DNA of 32,000 nucleotides from positions 3,541,503 to 3,573,502 of the forward strand of contig NZ_CP076024.1 in assembly GCF_022788635.1 (NCBI RefSeq), written 5' to 3'. A program made the translations under genes and the position numbers. How positions within the stretch are numbered: position 1 is the first letter of the stretch; every line of letters starts with the position of its first letter. The stretch is from Methylobacter sp. S3L5C. GTDB lineage: Bacteria; Pseudomonadota; Gammaproteobacteria; Methylococcales; Methylomonadaceae. Below the pieces are notes generated by a model that had not been told where the DNA came from, did not search any database, and saw nothing but the letters and a program-made list of their open reading frames with translations. Positions 26,332-32,000 of this stretch are shown in pieces.

Positions 26332-27936
26332 ATGTCCAAACTCGATGATTTAATTTTCGATAATCGCTTTATCCGTGAATTACCGGCAGATGAAGAAACC
26401 ATCAATAATCGCCGCCAAGTCATTGGTGCTTGTTACTCCCGGGTAAAACCAACTCCAGTTGTAAATCCGCAAAGAGTGGCATATTCAAGAGAAGTTGCTG
26501 AACTATTGGATTTGACTACCGATGCTTGCGAAGCGGATGATTTTACCCAAGCCTTTGCCGGTAATAGCCTGATAGCAGGCATGGATCCCTATGCAACTTG
26601 CTACGGCGGCCATCAGTTTGGTAACTGGGCAGGTCAACTCGGCGATGGCCGTGCCATTAATCTGGGCGAAATCGTCAATAAAAAAGGCGAGCGCTGGGCC
26701 ATACAACTTAAAGGCGCAGGGCCTACACCCTACTCCAGAACAGCCGATGGTTTGGCGGTGTTACGCTCATCCGTACGCGAGTTTTTATGTAGCGAAGCCA
26801 TGTATCATTTGGGAGTGCCTACCACACGGGCATTAAGCCTGATGTTAACGGGTGAAAATGTTATTCGGGATATGTTTTACGACGGCAACCCCAAAGCGGA
26901 ACCAGGGGCTGTGGTTTGTCGGGTAGCGCCTTCATTTACCCGCTTTGGCAATTTTCAAATTTTAACGGCTCGCCGCGATATTGCTTTGCTGAAAAAACTG
27001 GTCGATTACACCATACGCACTGATTTTCCTCATTTGGGAGAACCTTCACCAGCAGTCTATATGACCTGGTTTACCGAAGTCTGCAGAAGAACCGCAGAAA
27101 TGATTGTCCATTGGCAACGCGTCGGCTTTGTTCATGGCGTCATGAATACTGACAACATGTCAATACTGGGTCTTACCATTGATTATGGCCCCTATGGCTG
27201 GCTGGAAAATTACGATCCCAACTGGACGCCTAACACAACCGATGCCGAACAGCGCCGTTATCGTTTTGGTAATCAGCCGCAAATCGCTTTCTGGAATCTG
27301 GGGCAATTGGCTAATGCTATTTATCCATTGATTGAACAAGTAGAGCCTTTCCAGGAAGCCTTGGCTGTTTACACGGAAACCTTTGAACAGGGCTGGCAAG
27401 CCATGATGGCAGGCAAACTTGGTCTTAATGCCTTTAACAAGCCAACAGACGATGACTTATGCACAGAATTAATTGTTCTATTGCAACTCGTAGAAACCGA
27501 CATGACTATTTTTTATCGTCAGTTGGCCAAGGTAGCCATCAATCCAGAGCCGCTATCAACTGAGTTTGATTATGATGCAGCGCTTAATCTTTTGGCTGCC
27601 GCTTATTACGTTCCAGAACAAATAACGCCGGAATATAAAACCCGTTTAACTATTTGGTTAAAACACTATAGTCAACGAGTACAAAATGACTGTACGCCTG
27701 ATACAAAAAGACAACAGCAAATGAATGCTGTTAATCCTAAATATGTACTGCGAAACTACCTTGCCCAGCTTGCCATTGACAAAGCAGAGCAAGGTGACTT
27801 TGCCATGGTTAATGAGTTATTGGAATTATTGCGCCAACCTTATGACGAACAGCCAGACAAAGAAAAATTTGCTGCCAAGCGCCCCGATTGGGCTCGGCAA
27901 CGAGCGGGCTGTTCAATGCTATCGTGCAGTTCTTAA
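26332..27936 (+). CDS. selO: Protein adenylyltransferase SelO (YdiU family pseudokinase-fold AMPylase)
   Basis: MSKLDDLIFDNRFIRELP..., YGGHQFGNWAGQLGDGRAI, LKGAGPTPYSR, DGLAVLRSSVREFLCSEAM, HGVMNTDNMSILGLTIDYGPYGW. The start is taken at 26332; the ORF-track start at 26272 is a TTG extension. Confidence 0.9.
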   Translation: MSKLDDLIFDNRFIRELPADEETINNRRQVIGACYSRVKPTPVVNPQRVAYSREVAELLDLTTDACEADDFTQAFAGNSLIAGMDPYATCYGGHQFGNWAGQLGDGRAINLGEIVNKKGERWAIQLKGAGPTPYSRTADGLAVLRSSVREFLCSEAMYHLGVPTTRALSLMLTGENVIRDMFYDGNPKAEPGAVVCRVAPSFTRFGNFQILTARRDIALLKKLVDYTIRTDFPHLGEPSPAVYMTWFTEVCRRTAEMIVHWQRVGFVHGVMNTDNMSILGLTIDYGPYGWLENYDPNWTPNTTDAEQRRYRFGNQPQIAFWNLGQLANAIYPLIEQVEPFQEALAVYTETFEQGWQAMMAGKLGLNAFNKPTDDDLCTELIVLLQLVETDMTIFYRQLAKVAINPEPLSTEFDYDAALNLLAAAYYVPEQITPEYKTRLTIWLKHYSQRVQNDCTPDTKRQQQMNAVNPKYVLRNYLAQLAIDKAEQGDFAMVNELLELLRQPYDEQPDKEKFAAKRPDWARQRAGCSMLSCSS

Positions 27937-28159
27937 AGCAATAGTGCCACTTTTGATTCAAAAAGGCGATCATCATGGCTATTGCAACTACATTAAAAAT
28001 AGCGGTGTTTTTGTTATAGCCGTTTCTTATGCTATTTTTATATTTTTTGGCAGTAAAGTTAGTCGGCTTCGATACTTTGAAAAATTCTATGCCCTGGATA
28101 TTTAGCTGCCAGATCTGCATCCCAACAAAAGTCAACTTGAAAAAGCCATGACCGGCATA

Positions 28160-29158
28160 TTATTGTTCAGGCAGAACGGAATCAACTTCAAAATCAAAAT
28201 AATTAATAGCGCCAATAATCGGTGTGCGCGGATTTAAGGATAACTTGACCGACACTTTATTAAGTAAAGCGCCCAGACGGCCTTTCGCTTTAAACGCCTG
28301 TATAAATTGTCCATTTTGTAGTGCCTGTAATATTTTCGGTGCTATGCCGCCACCGATATAAACCCCGCCCGTAGCCATTGACTTTAACGCCAGATTACCG
28401 GTTTCCGCGCCATATAGCTCAACAAATAATTTTACTGCTTCTGTGCAACAAGGGTCTTCACCGGCAACGCCCAGACTTGAAATGACGGCATTTCTGTCAA
28501 TGCCGCCAGTTAACTCAGGAACATCAGGGCAAGGCGCAAAACCCTGAGTACAGAAAAAATCATACAAATGGCTAAAACCAATACCTGACAGAATACGCTC
28601 GTAACTGACATGATCGGGGGTTAGTTTTCTAAGATAGGCCAATAACAAATCTTGCTGAATATTTTGGGCTGCAAAATCACTATGCCCGCCTTCAGTAGCT
28701 ATAGGATGATGCTTATTGCCATCCCAATAAAGAATAGCTTCGCCCAAGCCGGTTCCAGCCGCGATGACAGCAATATTACCGGCTTGGGGTTCTGCCTCGG
28801 CATTTAACTCGATCAAATCCTGTTTGGGCAAATACAGCATACCCAGCGCCATGGCTTCCAGATCATTCAGCAACTTTACCTTGGACGTACCCAGCTTTAT
28901 TTTTAGCGCTGCGGCATCCAGCAACCACGGTAAATTGGTCGTTTGGCAGCGTTGATTAACAACCGGGCCTGCAACGCCAAAACACGCCGACTTGATCGCG
29001 ACAGCAGCAGGTAAAAAAGCCGTCAAAATATCATCAAATGTCGGGAACTGTTGGCTTGAGTAGGTTTGCTCCTGCAGGCAAGTCAACGAACCGTTGGGCT
29101 CTTTGATCAAAAGGGATAATACTGTCTTCGTTCCACCTATGTCGCCCGCTAGTATCAC
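28160..29158 (-). CDS. glk: Glucokinase
   Basis: N-terminal ATP-binding motif ILAGDIGGTKT, GVAGPV, AAGTGLGEA and GGVYIGGGIAPK give the bacterial Glk/ROK-like layout. The GTG start shares 1 nt with the upstream gene's TAG. Confidence 0.9.
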   Translation of the reverse strand: MILAGDIGGTKTVLSLLIKEPNGSLTCLQEQTYSSQQFPTFDDILTAFLPAAVAIKSACFGVAGPVVNQRCQTTNLPWLLDAAALKIKLGTSKVKLLNDLEAMALGMLYLPKQDLIELNAEAEPQAGNIAVIAAGTGLGEAILYWDGNKHHPIATEGGHSDFAAQNIQQDLLLAYLRKLTPDHVSYERILSGIGFSHLYDFFCTQGFAPCPDVPELTGGIDRNAVISSLGVAGEDPCCTEAVKLFVELYGAETGNLALKSMATGGVYIGGGIAPKILQALQNGQFIQAFKAKGRLGALLNKVSVKLSLNPRTPIIGAINYFDFEVDSVLPEQ

Positions 29159-32000
29159 TATTGACTCCTTAAGTCATTGTTAAGTAAATGTATTAAAGCA
29201 TCAAGAATGCCATTGGCAACTTTATGTGGGGGTAAGCGATAAAATTCCTGCCATGCCAAAGACACGCTTTCATCATAATTTTCTTTGTTTTCAGGGTAGG
29301 CTTGTAACCAGCTAATTTTTACGGCATGGCCAATAATAATATCTGTTAACAATGTATCATCAATATGTAAGGATACATTTTCACGAAAAATAGAGGCTAA
29401 GGCTTGCAAAGCTTCTACCGTTAATTGACGATAGACCGGTGCCTGAATTTTATTAAGCAAATGGCTAACGTGTAATTTGAAACTTTGTTCGCCCGCCGTC
29501 ATTTGTGACAAGGTATTTTCGCTATCCAGCCGATTTTTACTGTTCAATTTTTCACCGATCATTACTCCCTTGCAATGGTGCAAGATATCCCGAACACTGG
29601 TAAAAAAAGCATTATTTTCCCTGCCGACACTACCTTGCTGTTCTCGCCACTCGTACCAATCGTTAATTTCTTCCTGGTCTTTTGGATCGGTGTTTTTTAA
29701 GAAACGTACACTGGTTAGTTCATGATTGGCAGACTCGGACAAGGAGCCCTCATAGTGCAATATTTCAGCTAAATTTAGTTGATTTTCGGTATCGTTATAA
29801 TCTTCGAGTGTTTCTTTTACTTTTATGGACAATTGATAAGGTGCCAAAGAAAGAATTTCGTTAAATGCCTGATCCAATGTAGTGTGGCCTGATTCACGCT
29901 GTTGCCTGACAATAACCAATTGCAGGATATGTCCTACCCTCACCGTATGCATATCGGTAAACAATTCAGGATTAGACTTAATTAACATGCCCAGATAAAG
30001 AATCAATTCCTGAATAATAACATGCTCACTGGCATCCGCATTATAAGCACGAATAATGTCCAATATTTCTGACGAATCAGCAGGACGCGTCAAGGTAGCT
30101 CTCCCGCTATAAGCGCGACCTAATGTCAGTGCATGTTGACGAACGAGTATATCGGTTGCTGTCTGCTCCAGATTGATATCATATTTGCCCAGCAATCCGG
30201 CAGCGCGTCTAAGTATATACCAGGTATGTTGATCACCGGCTCGTTCATATATTTCTTCCAACAAATCACGTACACAACTGACAGTGCCACCCATTGCTGT
30301 TAAGCCGGTATCATAATCCAGGCCGTGACGAAAACTTAGTAAGCTTAATACTTCAAGTTGTGCGTAAATATTAGGATTGGATGTTAATTGCTCAAGCAAT
30401 ATTCCATCGCTAGCGATTTCCCATTCTGTCAACACCTCTGTATTTAAGGGTACTGGTGGGTTGCTATCTATGGGTAATGCCAGAAAAAAAGGTCGCTCCG
30501 CCTCATCCCATGACGCTTTGGAAAATTTAAAATCATGCAGGTAGTTAATGATTTCATGACTTGATGTTGCCACGAAATCCGAAAGGGCTCCAAGTTCTAC
30601 AGAAATGCCTTGACTATAGCCTTCTTGCAGTTCTTTAATAAATTCAATGAGAATCTCACGGTGATAACTATCCAACATATTTTGTTTTATAGTGATGACC
30701 ACCAACGGGTTACCTGGTACATCCCAATGTTTACAGATATACAAAAGTTCCAGTCGTAAGCGCTCAATAAGCAAACGGTTGTCCATCGCAAGATAAAAGC
30801 CTTTTTGATTAAGACACTGCGGTAAAAAAAGCAAACACTCACCTGCCAAACTGTACATTTTGGATGTTGCCAATGTTCGCAGTTGCCTTAAAGGTCTACC
30901 GGTCAAACCAATGCGGTCATTTCTGCCTACTTGGGTAAACGCTTGAGCCAATTCACTCGCATCCCTTATCTGCAAAGGCGCTGTTTCAGCAAGTGTTTGC
31001 GTAAAAATGCCGTAGTCCTTTAAGCTGTTCTGTACGGTTTCATCATGAGCAAGCAGCTGAATTTGTAACTTACAATCCTTATATTCATTAACAACTTTAT
31101 GGCGTCCCAAGGGATCTATATCGTCACAAGAAAGTAAGCCATCCTGTATCAGACACCCCAGCATAAAAAGACTTTGTGCCCAAACCAGCGGAACATTTTC
31201 ATTGGGAACCCGTTCCTGACTATGTGGATTGGCTTTTTCTGCGGCAATCAAATCTAGTGGTACAGCATACAGCTCAGGTAATAATTGCTGACCATTTTGT
31301 TCAACCAACAAATCTTTAAGTTTGTTACGGTAGATTGCAGCAGCTTCATGATCGCCGGTAAATAAATTATTAAGCAATAAATAAGTAAAAAACAACGGCC
31401 ATTCACATTCAATATCCGAAAATTGTTTTAATTCATGCGGATCATAATATTGGCGGTGACTATCTTCTATGACGGTTTGGTGGCCGTCCAACAAAAAACG
31501 TTTACAGCCAAACCGGCCTTCCAGCTTGCCACAAATAATGGCTTCTGTTTTTGCCCGAATAGTTTGATTATCAACCGCGAAAGCAGGAAACCCCGTGATA
31601 CTCAAAACCGCTGAATCGGCTTCTTTGGAAATGGATTCTCTGGGTAACAGTGATTCCAGGGTAATTCTTGTCCGGGCAATATCATCACTGATAACATGAA
31701 TAATAGACGCTTGCCCACCCTCTTTGCCAAACAAATTAAAACCCGATAGCGCTTCCAGCGCGGCTTTTGCCATGCCGATGGAACTGGCATTTAGCTCGGC
31801 GACACCGTGGTTAATTTTATTACCGCGCTCCCAGATACCGTAATCAGGGGTACGGTAAGTTCGGCTGATATAGTGAACCAGGTTTTGTACAAAATTAACT
31901 TCATTGATAGTAAAGACAATGCGTAAGCCGGATGCTGTCATTTGTGCCAACATCAACAAAAATAAAGACGTGGCATCCAGTTGTAAATGTCCCCATTCAT
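29158..32000 (-). CDS. Phosphorylase kinase alpha/beta-like GH15 (glucoamylase-like) protein; N-terminus lies outside the window
   Basis: The frame stays open to base 32000 (..EWGHLQLDATSLFLLMLAQMTASGL). IWERGNKINHGVAELNASSIGMAKAALEAL, GFPAFAV, RFGCKRFLLDG, ECEWPLFFTY and LPELY match the GH15-like domain of PHK alpha/beta subunits as I recall them. Similarity appears to continue into the C-terminal half (FYLAMDNRLLIERLRLELLY, VYRQLTVEAL). Confidence 0.85.
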   Translation of the reverse strand, partial: EWGHLQLDATSLFLLMLAQMTASGLRIVFTINEVNFVQNLVHYISRTYRTPDYGIWERGNKINHGVAELNASSIGMAKAALEALSGFNLFGKEGGQASIIHVISDDIARTRITLESLLPRESISKEADSAVLSITGFPAFAVDNQTIRAKTEAIICGKLEGRFGCKRFLLDGHQTVIEDSHRQYYDPHELKQFSDIECEWPLFFTYLLLNNLFTGDHEAAAIYRNKLKDLLVEQNGQQLLPELYAVPLDLIAAEKANPHSQERVPNENVPLVWAQSLFMLGCLIQDGLLSCDDIDPLGRHKVVNEYKDCKLQIQLLAHDETVQNSLKDYGIFTQTLAETAPLQIRDASELAQAFTQVGRNDRIGLTGRPLRQLRTLATSKMYSLAGECLLFLPQCLNQKGFYLAMDNRLLIERLRLELLYICKHWDVPGNPLVVITIKQNMLDSYHREILIEFIKELQEGYSQGISVELGALSDFVATSSHEIINYLHDFKFSKASWDEAERPFFLALPIDSNPPVPLNTEVLTEWEIASDGILLEQLTSNPNIYAQLEVLSLLSFRHGLDYDTGLTAMGGTVSCVRDLLEEIYERAGDQHTWYILRRAAGLLGKYDINLEQTATDILVRQHALTLGRAYSGRATLTRPADSSEILDIIRAYNADASEHVIIQELILYLGMLIKSNPELFTDMHTVRVGHILQLVIVRQQRESGHTTLDQAFNEILSLAPYQLSIKVKETLEDYNDTENQLNLAEILHYEGSLSESANHELTSVRFLKNTDPKDQEEINDWYEWREQQGSVGRENNAFFTSVRDILHHCKGVMIGEKLNSKNRLDSENTLSQMTAGEQSFKLHVSHLLNKIQAPVYRQLTVEALQALASIFRENVSLHIDDTLLTDIIIGHAVKISWLQAYPENKENYDESVSLAWQEFYRLPPHKVANGILDALIHLLNNDLRSQ

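Noticed and set aside
27725-28135. ORFs 27725-28105 (+, 126 aa) and 27809-28135 (-, 108 aa) spanning the selO-glk intergenic region
   Set aside because: Both overlap the 3' end of selO in alternative frames, have no recognisable motifs, and lie in an AT-rich convergent intergenic region. They are likely spurious.
1-32000. CRISPR array, rRNA or tRNA genes
   Set aside because: I saw no regularly spaced direct repeats anywhere. The intergenic regions are short or AT-rich and contain nothing resembling a tRNA cloverleaf or rRNA.

Overview
This looks like a gammaproteobacterial chromosomal window. The housekeeping genes are purL (5' partial), creA, ssb, yaeQ, a ybiT-type ABC-F ATPase, selO and glk. 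Between about 6.1 kb and 22.9 kb they are interrupted by an accessory island of about 16.7 kb in which every gene lies on the minus strand. The island has four parts. (i) Next to the ssb terminator is a Tn554-like integration module: three overlapping tyrosine-recombinase genes plus a small trailing ORF. (ii) A type I restriction-modification operon follows in the unusual order hsdR-hsdS-[ABC-type ATPase]-[TIGR02646-type HNH nuclease]-hsdM, with overlapping or nearly abutting stop and start codons. This places a Septu-like (PtuA/PtuB-type) pair inside the R-M operon, and it is the best candidate in the window for a poorly described composite defence system. (iii) A truncated DUF262 gene remnant sits at the operon 3' end. 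(iv) A strongly AT-rich cassette carries an intact DUF262/DUF1524 (GmrSD-like) candidate type IV restriction enzyme. Two gene pairs outside the island are also worth a look. One is an APH-like kinase/P-loop kinase fusion gene tightly linked to an MM3350/pRiA4b-ORF3-like gene. The other is a full-length bacterial homologue of phosphorylase kinase alpha/beta (GH15-like) whose stop overlaps the glucokinase start by 1 nt. I saw no rRNA, tRNA, CRISPR array or transposase-type IS. All assignments come from reading motifs in the translations and DNA by eye; no database search or computation was run.
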